Shown here piece after piece: positions 17,955-26,693 of a stretch of 64,000 bases of DNA (within the stretch, counting starts at the first letter, position 1; each line of letters begins with the position of its first letter). Source of the DNA: Micromonosporaceae bacterium (GTDB taxonomy: Bacteria > Actinomycetota > Actinomycetes > Mycobacteriales > Micromonosporaceae); the NCBI GenBank assembly GCA_036378155.1, contig DASUXA010000040.1, positions 25,800 through 89,799 on the forward strand, given 5' to 3'. Under the pieces are notes generated by a model that worked only from the letters and a program-made list of their open reading frames with translations, was not told where the DNA came from and made no database searches. Both the position numbers and the translations under genes were made by a program.

Positions 17955-17966
17955 GTACCCCCGCAA
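17955..17966 (+). promoter_or_regulatory. motif GTACCCCCGCAA (copy 2), upstream of moxR
   Basis: See 17004-17016. This copy lies 40 nt upstream of the moxR GTG. Confidence 0.3.
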
Positions 17967-18005
17967 TCGTGGCAGTTATCAGGAGAAACGCGGCATAGTG
18001 GGCGG

Positions 18006-18905
18006 GTGGACAGCCCCGCGTCGCCGCAGTCGCCCGCGCAGTTGGCGCACGCCCTGGAACGCGCCGGCTACCTCGCCGACGAGGGCCTCGCCACCGCCGG
18101 GTACCTGGCGCTGCGGCTCGGCCGACCGCTGTTCCTCGAAGGGGACGCGGGCGTCGGCAAGACCGCGTTCGCGCAGGCGCTGGCGACCGCGACCGGATAC
18201 CCGTACGTCCGGCTGCAGTGCTACGAGGGGCTGGACGCCTCGCAGGCGCTGTACGACTGGGACTTCACCCGCCAGATCCTGCACCTGCGCACCGTCGAGG
18301 CGACCGCGGTCGCCAGCGGCGACTCCCCCGACGCGCAGGCTCTCGAGGCGAGCCTGTACGACCGGCGGTTCCTGGTCGCCCGCCCCCTGCTGCGCGCCCT
18401 GGAACTGAGCCCCTGCGTCCTGCTGGTCGACGAGATCGACCGCGCCGACGACGAGTTCGAGGCGTTCCTGCTGGAGGTGTTGTCCGAGTCCGCGATCACC
18501 ATCCCGGAACTGGGTCGGGTGGTCGCCGAAACGCCCCCGCTGACGGTGCTCACCAGCAACCGCACCCGCGAGGTCCACGACGCGTTGAAGCGGCGCTGCC
18601 TGTACCACTGGGTCGAGCACCCCGGTTTCGACCGCGAGGTCGCGATCCTGCGTACCCGGCTGCCGCAGCTCACCGAGAAGCTGGCCGAACAGGTCGCGCA
18701 CGCCACCGGTCGGATGCGGCAACTGGACCTGGTCAAGCCGCCCGGCGTGGCGGAGTCGCTGGACTGGGCAAGCGCGCTGGTCGCGCTGGGCGCCTCCACC
18801 CTCGACCCGGACGTCACCGCCGCGACGCTCGGGGCGGTGCTGAAGTACCGGGAGGACGCCGAGCGGGTACGCGGCGCGGGTCTCGCCGAGTTGCTGGTGG
18901 GCTGA
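18006..18905 (+). CDS. MoxR-family AAA+ ATPase (CoxD-like)
   Basis: In-frame GTG 18006. Walker A is GDAGVGKT and Walker B is VLLVDEIDRA. An AGGAGA lies upstream. Confidence 0.9.
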   Translation: MDSPASPQSPAQLAHALERAGYLADEGLATAGYLALRLGRPLFLEGDAGVGKTAFAQALATATGYPYVRLQCYEGLDASQALYDWDFTRQILHLRTVEATAVASGDSPDAQALEASLYDRRFLVARPLLRALELSPCVLLVDEIDRADDEFEAFLLEVLSESAITIPELGRVVAETPPLTVLTSNRTREVHDALKRRCLYHWVEHPGFDREVAILRTRLPQLTEKLAEQVAHATGRMRQLDLVKPPGVAESLDWASALVALGASTLDPDVTAATLGAVLKYREDAERVRGAGLAELLVG

Positions 18906-18906
18906 C

Positions 18907-20019
18907 ATGGACGACGCTCAGGTCACCCGAGCCCTGCTGACCTTCGCCCGTACCCTGCGCGAGGCGGGCGTGGACGCCACGCCGGAGCGGGTCCAGGCCA
19001 TGTTCGCCGCCGCCGGGTCGCTCGGCGCCCACCGCCCCGACGGGGTGTACTGGGCGGGTCGGCTGACGCTGTGCGCGGAACCGGAGGACCTGCCGGTGTA
19101 CGACGCGGCGTTCGCCGCCTGCTTCGGCGACCGGGTCGCGCATCGCCCCACCGCGCCGACCCGACCCGCCGCGACCCGGCTGACCACCGTGTTCACCACG
19201 GACGGCGGTACCGCCGCCGGACCGCGGGACCGGTCGCCCGCCGTCGTCCAAGCGACCGCCAGCGACACCGAACTGCTGCGCCACCGCGACGTCGCCGCGC
19301 TGTCCCCGGTCGAGCGCGCGGAACTGCGCCGGTTGCTGGCGCTGCTCGCCCCGGCGACCGCCCCTAGGCTCACCCGGCGGTACCGCCCGGCGCCGCGCGG
19401 CGACGTGGACCCGGCTCGGACGGTACGGCGGATGCTGCGGCACGTCGGCGAGCCGGCGCGCCCGGTGTACCGGCGGCACCGCGCCCGACCCCGGCGGCTG
19501 GTGCTGCTGCTGGACGTGTCCGGGTCGATGGCGCTGTACGCCGACGCGCTGCTGCGCTTCGCGCACGCCGCGGTGCGCCGCCGACCGGCGTCCACCGAGG
19601 TGTTCACGATCGGTACCCGGATCACCCGGATCACCCGCCCGCTGCGGCACCGCGACCCGGACGCCGCGCTGCGCGACGCCGGTCGCGCCATCCCGGACTG
19701 GCAGGGCGGCACCCGGCTGGGCGAGGCACTCAAGGCGTTCCTGGACCGGTGGGGGCAACGCGGCACCGCACGCGGCGCGGTGGTGGTGCTGTGTAGCGAC
19801 GGCTGGGAGCGGGGCACGGCGGACCTGCTCGCCGCGCAGGTCGCCCGGCTGTCACGGCTGGCGTACCGGGTGGTGTGGGTGAACCCGCACCGGGGCAAGC
19901 CGGGCTACGCGCCGCTGGCTCGGGGCATGGCGGCGGCCCTGCCGTACCTGGACGACTTCGTCGCCGGGCACAGCCTGGCCGCCCTGGAGGAACTGGTAGA
20001 GGTGATCTCGCGTGCGTGA
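18907..20019 (+). CDS. VWA domain protein (CoxE-like)
   Basis: 370-aa ORF with a MIDAS-type LVLLLDVSGSM. It starts 1 nt after the moxR stop. Confidence 0.85.
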   Translation: MDDAQVTRALLTFARTLREAGVDATPERVQAMFAAAGSLGAHRPDGVYWAGRLTLCAEPEDLPVYDAAFAACFGDRVAHRPTAPTRPAATRLTTVFTTDGGTAAGPRDRSPAVVQATASDTELLRHRDVAALSPVERAELRRLLALLAPATAPRLTRRYRPAPRGDVDPARTVRRMLRHVGEPARPVYRRHRARPRRLVLLLDVSGSMALYADALLRFAHAAVRRRPASTEVFTIGTRITRITRPLRHRDPDAALRDAGRAIPDWQGGTRLGEALKAFLDRWGQRGTARGAVVVLCSDGWERGTADLLAAQVARLSRLAYRVVWVNPHRGKPGYAPLARGMAAALPYLDDFVAGHSLAALEELVEVISRA

Positions 20020-21142
20020 GGTGCTCGACGACCTGACCCGGTGGTGGCGCTCCGGGCAGCCGGTGGCGATGGCGACCGTGGTCGGTACCTGGCGCTCGGC
20101 GCCCCGGCAGCCGGGCGCGACGATGCTGGTCGGACCGGACGGTACCGCGGTCGGCAGCGTGTCCGGCGGCTGTGTCGAGGGCGACGTGTACGAGGTGGGC
20201 ACGGAGGTGCTCGGCAGCGGGCAGCCGGTGCTGCGCCGGTACGGCATCAGCGACGACGACGCGTTCGCGGTCGGGCTGACCTGCGGCGGCATCCTCGACG
20301 TGTACGTGGAGCGGCTGGACCGCACGTCGTTTCCCGACTTCGGCGCGGTCGCCGACGCGATCCGGCGGGGCGACCCGGTCGCCGTGGTCACCTGCATATC
20401 CGGGCCGGACCCGGACCGGGTGGGCCGGCGCGTGGTGGTCTGGTCGGAACGGGTCGGCGGCTCATTGGGCAGCGCCCGGCTGGACGACGCGGCGGTCGAC
20501 GACGCGCGCGGCATGCTCGCCAGTGGACGATCCGGGCTGCTGCACTACGGAGCCGACGGCGAACGCCGGGGCGAGGAGCTGACGCTGTTCGTGGCGAGCT
20601 TCGCCGCGCCGCCCCGCATGATCGTGTTCGGGGCGATCGACTTCGCCGCCGCCGTCGCCCGGCTCGGTGTCTTCCTCGGGTACCGGGTCACCGTGTGCGA
20701 CGCCCGCCCGGTGTTCGCCACCCGCAGCCGGTTCCCCGACGCGCACGAGGTGGTGGTCGAGTGGCCGCACCGGTACCTGCGTGCCGAGGCGGACGCCGGT
20801 CGCGTCGACCCTCGTACCGTGCTGTGCGTGCTCACCCACGACCCGAAGTTCGACGTCCCGCTGCTCGAGGTGGCGCTGCGGCTGCCGGTGGCGTACGTCG
20901 GCGCGATGGGCTCCCGGCGTACCCACGACGACCGGCTGCGCCGGCTGCGCGAGGCGGGACTGGGCGACGCCGAGCTCGCCCGGCTGTCCTCACCGGTCGG
21001 GCTCGACCTCGGCGCGCGTACCCCCGAGGAGACCGCGGTCAGCATCGCCGCCGAGATCATCGCGACCCGGTGGGGCGGCACCGGCGAGCGGCTCAGCCAC
21101 CAGAACGGACGTATCCACCACGAACTGCTGAATCTCGTCTGA
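20012..21142 (+). CDS. XdhC/CoxI-family molybdoenzyme maturation protein
   Basis: N-terminal XdhC_CoxI block (VATVVGTWRSAPRQPGATMLV, VSGGCVEGDV) plus a Rossmann-like MIVFGAIDFAAAVARLG. It overlaps the VWA gene by 8 nt. Confidence 0.9.
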   Translation: MREVLDDLTRWWRSGQPVAMATVVGTWRSAPRQPGATMLVGPDGTAVGSVSGGCVEGDVYEVGTEVLGSGQPVLRRYGISDDDAFAVGLTCGGILDVYVERLDRTSFPDFGAVADAIRRGDPVAVVTCISGPDPDRVGRRVVVWSERVGGSLGSARLDDAAVDDARGMLASGRSGLLHYGADGERRGEELTLFVASFAAPPRMIVFGAIDFAAAVARLGVFLGYRVTVCDARPVFATRSRFPDAHEVVVEWPHRYLRAEADAGRVDPRTVLCVLTHDPKFDVPLLEVALRLPVAYVGAMGSRRTHDDRLRRLREAGLGDAELARLSSPVGLDLGARTPEETAVSIAAEIIATRWGGTGERLSHQNGRIHHELLNLV

Positions 21143-21195
21143 CCCCGGCACGGGGTGAATTGCCGAACTTCCTGCGCTGATCGCCGGTACGCGGT

Positions 21196-21207
21196 TGGCT
21201 ATAGCCA
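21196..21207. promoter_or_regulatory. perfect 12-bp palindrome TGGCTATAGCCA upstream of coxS
   Basis: It has an AT-rich core in GC-rich intergenic DNA, 76 nt upstream of the coxS ATG. Confidence 0.35.
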
Positions 21208-21282
21208 CGGCCTGTGCGGCAGCCCCGGTCACGGCCATGGGCTGCGGACACGGGCAGGCCACGGCGGTATGCGGGAGGTGCC

Positions 21283-21864
21283 ATGACCCGAATCAGCCTC
21301 ACCGTCGACGGGGTGCGCTACGACGACGAGGTCGAGCCGCGCACGCTGCTCGTGTACCACCTGCGCGAGCGGCTGGGCAAGGTCGGCACGGTGGTCGGCT
21401 GCGACACCACCAGTTGCGGCGCGTGCACCGTGCTGATGGACGGCAGGTCGGTGAAGAGTTGCTCGCTGTTCGCGGTACAGGCGGACGGCGCGTCGATCAC
21501 CACAGTGGAGGGGCTGGCGGCGCCGGACGGCACGCTGCACCCGGTACAGCAGGCCTTCCACGACCGGCACGCGCTGCAGTGCGGGTTCTGTACACCCGGA
21601 ATGATCATGGAAGCGGTCGACCTGCTCAACGAGAACCCGGACCCGACCGACGAGGAGATCCGCGAGGGTCTGGAAGGCAATCTGTGCCGGTGCACCGGTT
21701 ACCAGAACATCGTGCGGGCGGTCCGCGACGCCGCTGACGCGCTGCGCGCCGGGCGGAGGCCGACCGCCGAGGAAGAGGTGGGCGTCGGTGTGCCCCACTC
21801 AGCCGCCGCCGAGCCCAGGGTGGAAGAGGTACCCGGCGAGGCGGTGCCCCGCCCGATGCCCTAG
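21283..21864 (+). CDS. coxS: (2Fe-2S)-binding small subunit of a CODH/xanthine-dehydrogenase-family enzyme
   Basis: ATG 21283 is preceded by GGGAGG. Cluster motifs are [12 protein letters not shown] and CGFCTPGM...CRCTGY. About 40 aa form a C-terminal extension. Confidence 0.9.
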   Translation: MTRISLTVDGVRYDDEVEPRTLLVYHLRERLGKVGTVVGCDTTSCGACTVLMDGRSVKSCSLFAVQADGASITTVEGLAAPDGTLHPVQQAFHDRHALQCGFCTPGMIMEAVDLLNENPDPTDEEIREGLEGNLCRCTGYQNIVRAVRDAADALRAGRRPTAEEEVGVGVPHSAAAEPRVEEVPGEAVPRPMP

Positions 21865-21865
21865 T

Positions 21866-21953
21866 CCCGTGAGCGCGAGGAGCGAGCGCAGCGAGCCCCG
21901 CCGTCGCCAACCACGAGACCCGTGAGCGCGAGGAGCGAAGCGCGAGGAGCGAG
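21866..21953 (+). repeat. three copies of GCGCGAGGAGCGA (two within a longer 20-nt repeat) in the coxS-coxL spacer
   Basis: CCCGTGAGCGCGAGGAGCGA occurs at 21866-21885 and 21919-21938. A third GCGCGAGGAGCGA occurs at 21941-21953, just 5' of the coxL ATG. Confidence 0.85.
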
Positions 21954-21954
21954 C

Positions 21955-24354
21955 ATGACTGTCACCGAGGAACGGCCGGCCGGCGAAGTCGGGTCGGCGC
22001 GTCGCCGCAAGGAGGACGCCCGGCTGATCACCGGCCGGACGATGTGGACCGAGAACCTGAGTCTTCCGGGCATGCTGCACCTGGCGATCCTGCGCAGCCC
22101 GATGGCGCACGCCCGGATCACCCGGCTGGACGTGGGTCCGGCGCTGCAGGCGCCCGGCGTGGTCACCGCGTTCACCGGGCGGGACGTCGCCGACGTGCAG
22201 GGCAGCCTGGTGTGCGCGTGGCCGGTGACCGAGGACATCGTGCAGCCTGCGCACCCGCCGCTGGCGGTCGACGAGGTGCGGCACGTCGGCGAGGCGGTCG
22301 CGGTGGTGATCGCCCGTGACCGTGCCAGCGCCCTCGACGCGCTGATGAACATCGACGTCGAGTACGACGAACTGCCGCCGGTGCTCGACATGGAGGCGGC
22401 GCTCGCCGACGACGCGCCCCTGGTACACGCGGACCAGGGCACCAACCGGGCGTTCCACTGGGTGTACGACTCGGCGCAGGCGGGCGCGGGCGACGACTTC
22501 GAGCAGGTGGCGCGCGACGCCGACGTGGTGGTCCGGCGCCGGTACGTCCAGCAGCGGCTGATCCCGTCCTTCATGGAACCGCGCAGCGTCCTGGTCGACC
22601 CGACCTCCGACCAGATCACCGTGTGGTCGACGACCCAGATCCCGCACATCCTGCGGGTGATCCTGGCCCTGGTCACCGGGGTACCGGAGCACAAGATCCG
22701 GGTGATCGCCCCGGACGTCGGCGGCGGCTTCGGCGGCAAGCTGCAGGTCACCCCGGAGGAGCTGATCGCGTTCCTCGCCGCGCAGCGGGTCGGCAAGCCG
22801 GTCAAGTACACCGAGACCCGCTCGGACACGATGATCGCCGCGCACCACGGCCGCGACCAGATCCAGGACATCGACGTGGCGGCGCGACGCGACGGCACCG
22901 TCCTGGCGCTGCGCGCCCGGCTGCTCGCCAACATGGGCGCCTACCTCGGGCTCGTCGGGGCGGGTGTGCCGATTCTCGGCGCGTACATGTACAACGGCAT
23001 CTACAAGTTCCGCGCCTACCGGTTCGAGTGCACCGGGGTGTTCACCACCACCGCGTTCACCGACGCGTACCGGGGCGCGGGGCGACCCGAAGCCACGTTC
23101 GCCGTCGAGCGGATCATGGACGAGCTCGCGGCCGAACTGGGCATGGACCCGATCGAGTTGCGTCGGCGCAACTGGATCAGGCACGAGGAGTTCCCGTACA
23201 CCACGGCAGCGGGGCTCACCTACGACTCGGGCAACTACGAGGCGGCGACCGCAAAGGCGATGCAGCTGTTCGGGTACGACGACCTGCGCCGCGAACAGCA
23301 GGCGCGGCGGGAGTCGGGCGACCCGGTGCAGCTCGGCATCGGCGTGTCGACGTACACCGAGATGTGCGGGCTCGCCCCGTCGCGGCTGTGGGGGTCGCTG
23401 CGGTACACCGCCGGCGGCTGGGAGACGGCGACCGTGCGGATGCTGCCCACCGGGCGGGTCGAGGTGGTCACCGGCACGTCGCCGCACGGTCAGAGCCACG
23501 AGACCGCGTGGAGCCAGATCGTCGCCGACCAGCTCGGCGTGCCGTTCGAGGACGTCGAGGTGCTGCACGGCGACACCCGCAGCTCGCCGCGCGGGCTGGA
23601 CACGTACGGGTCGCGTTCGCTCGCGGTCGGCGGGACCGCGCTGGTACAGGCGTGCCAGAAGGTGATCGACAAGGCGCGTCCGATCGCCGCGCACCTGCTC
23701 GAGGCGGACCCGGGCGACCTGGAGTTCTCCGGCGGCGCGTTCCGGGTGCGGGGCACCCCGGAAGGCGAAGCCGGCAAGACGCTGGCCGAGTGCGCGCTGG
23801 CCGTGTTCGCCGCGCACAACCTGCCGCCGGGCGTCGAGCCGGTCATCGACGCCGACGCCACGTACGACCCGGCGAACTTCTCCTTCCCGCACGGCACCCA
23901 CCTGTGCGCGGTCGACGTCGACACCGAGACCGGTCGGGTCGCGATCCGGCGGTACGTCGCCGTCGACGACGTGGGTCGGGTGGTCAACCCGCTGATCGTG
24001 GAGGGACAGGTACACGGCGGCGTCGCCCAGGGCGTCGCGCAGGCGCTGTTCGAGGAGGCGGTGTACGACGCGGACGGCAACCTGGTCACCGGCTCGTTCG
24101 CCGACTACACCCTGCCCAGCAGCGCCGACCTGCCGGACTTCATCACCGACCGGACCGAGACGCCGGCCCTGGAGCACCCGCTCGGTACCAAGGGCGTCGG
24201 CGAGGCGGGCACCATCGCCTCCACGCCTGCCGTGGTCAACGCGGTCGTCGACGCGCTGCGCCCGTACGGCGTGACCGACGTGCGGATGCCGTGCACCCCG
24301 GAGCGGGTGTGGCAGGCGGTCTCCACCGCTTCCCGGAAAGGTGGGCAGCCGTGA
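21955..24354 (+). CDS. coxL: molybdopterin-binding large subunit, form-II CoxL-like
   Basis: ATG 21955 is preceded by GAGGAG. The active-site loop reads AYRGAGR (FTDAYRGAGRPEA), which is the form-II signature rather than the form-I VAYRCSFR. Confidence 0.9.
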   Translation: MTVTEERPAGEVGSARRRKEDARLITGRTMWTENLSLPGMLHLAILRSPMAHARITRLDVGPALQAPGVVTAFTGRDVADVQGSLVCAWPVTEDIVQPAHPPLAVDEVRHVGEAVAVVIARDRASALDALMNIDVEYDELPPVLDMEAALADDAPLVHADQGTNRAFHWVYDSAQAGAGDDFEQVARDADVVVRRRYVQQRLIPSFMEPRSVLVDPTSDQITVWSTTQIPHILRVILALVTGVPEHKIRVIAPDVGGGFGGKLQVTPEELIAFLAAQRVGKPVKYTETRSDTMIAAHHGRDQIQDIDVAARRDGTVLALRARLLANMGAYLGLVGAGVPILGAYMYNGIYKFRAYRFECTGVFTTTAFTDAYRGAGRPEATFAVERIMDELAAELGMDPIELRRRNWIRHEEFPYTTAAGLTYDSGNYEAATAKAMQLFGYDDLRREQQARRESGDPVQLGIGVSTYTEMCGLAPSRLWGSLRYTAGGWETATVRMLPTGRVEVVTGTSPHGQSHETAWSQIVADQLGVPFEDVEVLHGDTRSSPRGLDTYGSRSLAVGGTALVQACQKVIDKARPIAAHLLEADPGDLEFSGGAFRVRGTPEGEAGKTLAECALAVFAAHNLPPGVEPVIDADATYDPANFSFPHGTHLCAVDVDTETGRVAIRRYVAVDDVGRVVNPLIVEGQVHGGVAQGVAQALFEEAVYDADGNLVTGSFADYTLPSSADLPDFITDRTETPALEHPLGTKGVGEAGTIASTPAVVNAVVDALRPYGVTDVRMPCTPERVWQAVSTASRKGGQP

Positions 24355-25205
24355 TTCCCGAGGCGTTCGACTATGTCCGACCGTCCACGGTCGACGACGC
24401 GGTACGCGCGCTCGCCGCCGCCGGCGACGAGGCGAAGGTGATCGCCGGTGGGCAGAGCCTGGTCCCGGTGCTGCGACTGCGCCTGGCCGCGCCCACGGTC
24501 CTGGTCGACATCGGTCGGATCGCCGACCTGCGCGGCGTCCGCGAGGACGGCGACGACCTGGTGATCGGCGCGACCACCACGCACGACGAGGTCCTCCACG
24601 ATCCGCTGGTCGCCCGGTACGCGCCGCTGATCGCCGAGGCGACCGCGACGGTCGCGGACCGGCAGGTGCGGCACCTGGGTACCTTCGGCGGGTCGCTGGC
24701 GCACGCCGACCCGGCGGGCGACCTGCCCGCCGTGGCGGTGGCGCTGGACGCCCGTCTCGAGATCGCCGGTCCGAACGGGATGCGGACGGTTCCCGCCGCC
24801 GACTTCTTCCTCGACTACCTGACCACCGCGCTCGGCGTCGACGAGGTGCTGGCGGCGGTACGGGTGCCGAAGCTTCCCGGGTGGGGCACCCACTACGAGA
24901 AGTTCAGCCGGGTCGCCCAGGCGTGGGCGCTGGTCGGGGTGGCGGCGGCGATCGAACGCGCGGACGGCACGATCACCGGCGCGCGGGTGGCGCTGACCAA
25001 CATGGGTCCGACCCCGGTACGCGCCCGCGCGGTCGAGCAGGCGCTGGTCGGCGCGCCCGCCACCGCCGAGGCGATCGCCGAGGCGGCGAGCCGCGCCGGC
25101 GACGGTACGCAGCCCGGCAGCGACCTGTCCGCGTCCGCCGACTACCGCGCCCATCTGGCGACGGTACTGACCGGACGCGCGGTGTCCGCCGCGAGCGGAC
25201 TGTAG
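24351..25205 (+). CDS. coxM: FAD-binding medium subunit (CoxM-like)
   Basis: GTG 24351 overlaps the coxL stop (GTGA). FAD_binding_5-type block AGGQSLVPVLRLRLA. Confidence 0.9.
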   Translation: MIPEAFDYVRPSTVDDAVRALAAAGDEAKVIAGGQSLVPVLRLRLAAPTVLVDIGRIADLRGVREDGDDLVIGATTTHDEVLHDPLVARYAPLIAEATATVADRQVRHLGTFGGSLAHADPAGDLPAVAVALDARLEIAGPNGMRTVPAADFFLDYLTTALGVDEVLAAVRVPKLPGWGTHYEKFSRVAQAWALVGVAAAIERADGTITGARVALTNMGPTPVRARAVEQALVGAPATAEAIAEAASRAGDGTQPGSDLSASADYRAHLATVLTGRAVSAASGL

Positions 25206-25218
25206 CGAGGAGGTACCG

Positions 25219-26031
25219 GTGCGCCTCGATCACGACTTCACCGTCCCGGTACCAGCCGACGAGGCGTGGCGGGTGCTGCTCGACGTGCCCCGCGTCGCCC
25301 CGTGCATGCCGGGGGCGACGCTGACCGACAGCGACGGCGACCGGTTCGCCGGTACCGTCAAGGTCAAACTCGGACCGATCACGTTGAGTTACCGGGGTAC
25401 CGGGCACTTCGTGGACCGTGACGAGTCCACCCGCCGCGTCGTCATCGAGGCGCACGGTCGGGAGAGCCGGGGGTCGGGTACCGCCGCGGCGACGGTGACC
25501 GCCGTGCTCGAACCGGTCGGCGACACCACGCGGGTACGGGTCAGCACCGATCTGCACGTCACCGGCCGCCCCGCGCAGTTCGGTCGGGGCATGATCGCCG
25601 ACGTCAGCGGCAAACTGGTCGACCAGTTCGCGGCGTGTCTCGCGCAGGAGTTGACCGGCGGCGGCGCGGAAGCCGTCGGCGCGCGGGCGCCCACGCAAGC
25701 GGCTGTCGGCGCGCCGGCACAAGCCGGGATGGACGCGCAGGCGCCCGGGGCAGCCGCCGGGTCGCCGCCGCCCGGCGCCGGGCAGCCGGTGTCGCCGGCG
25801 GCGCCGGGCGCGGCAGCCGAGGTCGGCGTCGCGCCCGAACCGGTCGCCACCGCGCCCGGCCCGGCGCCGACGCAGCCCACGGCGACCACCGGGCGCGCTG
25901 CCGAGCCGATCGACCTGCTCGAGGTCACCGGACTGCGTGCGCTGCTGCGCGAGCACGCACCGACCGTCGCGCTGCTCACCGCCGTGGCGGTGGTGGCGTG
26001 GGTGCTGGGACGCCGCTCGGCGCGACGGTGA
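25219..26031 (+). CDS. coxG: CoxG-like SRPBCC protein with an Ala/Pro-rich linker and a C-terminal TM helix
   Basis: The N-terminal 150 aa fit the CoxG family (VKVKLGPITLSYRG, HVTGRPAQFGRGMI). The C-terminus is TVALLTAVAVVAWVLGRRSARR. Confidence 0.8.
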   Translation: MRLDHDFTVPVPADEAWRVLLDVPRVAPCMPGATLTDSDGDRFAGTVKVKLGPITLSYRGTGHFVDRDESTRRVVIEAHGRESRGSGTAAATVTAVLEPVGDTTRVRVSTDLHVTGRPAQFGRGMIADVSGKLVDQFAACLAQELTGGGAEAVGARAPTQAAVGAPAQAGMDAQAPGAAAGSPPPGAGQPVSPAAPGAAAEVGVAPEPVATAPGPAPTQPTATTGRAAEPIDLLEVTGLRALLREHAPTVALLTAVAVVAWVLGRRSARR

Positions 26032-26112
26032 ACAACCCGGCCGGGACGGTCCCGGTCGTCGATCGAGGGTCGGGGTCCCGACCCGCCGCATTCACACAAA
26101 CGGGGGTACAGC

Positions 26113-26340
26113 ATGGGAACTGTCGCGCGCGTGGTGGAGATCAGCGCGGAGTCCGACACCAGCTTCGAGGACGCGATCAACGCCGGTATCTCCCGCGCCT
26201 CGGAGACGCTGCGCAACCTGCGCTCGGCGTGGATCAAAGAGCAGGAGGTCACCGTCGCCGACGGTCGGATCTCCGGGTACCGGGTGCATCTGCTGGTGAC
26301 CTTCGTGCTGGAGGGGTCGGAAGGCGAGGGCGCGCAGTGA
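26113..26340 (+). CDS. dodecin-family flavin-binding protein
   Basis: 75-aa ORF. VARVVEISAESDTSFEDAINAGISRASETLRNLRSAWIKEQ matches the dodecin fold pattern. Confidence 0.75.
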   Translation: MGTVARVVEISAESDTSFEDAINAGISRASETLRNLRSAWIKEQEVTVADGRISGYRVHLLVTFVLEGSEGEGAQ

Positions 26341-26693
26341 CGCGCACGCCGCAGGAGGTGTTCGCGCACCACGTCCAGGCGCTCGGCGCGCAGGACCTCG
26401 ACGAGATCGTCGCCGACTACAGCGACGACGCGATGTTCATCACGCCGTCCGGGGTCAGACACGGACGCGACGGGGTCCGCGAGGGGTTCGCCGCGCTGCT
26501 CGCCGACCTGCCCGACGCGTCCTGGGAACTGCCCACGCAACTGTTCGACCAGGACATCCTGCTGCTGGAATGGACCGCGGACAGCCGCGCCAACCGGGTC
26601 GACGACGGCATCGACACGTTCGTCTTCCGCGACGGGCTGATCCGGGTACAGACGGTGCGGTACACCCCGGTTCCGAAGGGCACGGCGGGATGA
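26337..26693 (+). CDS. SnoaL-like / NTF2-fold protein
   Basis: GTG 26337 overlaps the dodecin stop (GTGA). 118 aa with DEIVADYSDDAMFITPSG ... GIDTFVFRDGLI. Confidence 0.7.
   Translation: MTRTPQEVFAHHVQALGAQDLDEIVADYSDDAMFITPSGVRHGRDGVREGFAALLADLPDASWELPTQLFDQDILLLEWTADSRANRVDDGIDTFVFRDGLIRVQTVRYTPVPKGTAG

Noticed and set aside
17966-17980. TGGCAG near moxR as a sigma-54 type promoter.
   Set aside because: The spacing and the GC element do not fit TGGCAC-N5-TTGCW, and actinomycetes generally lack sigma-54.
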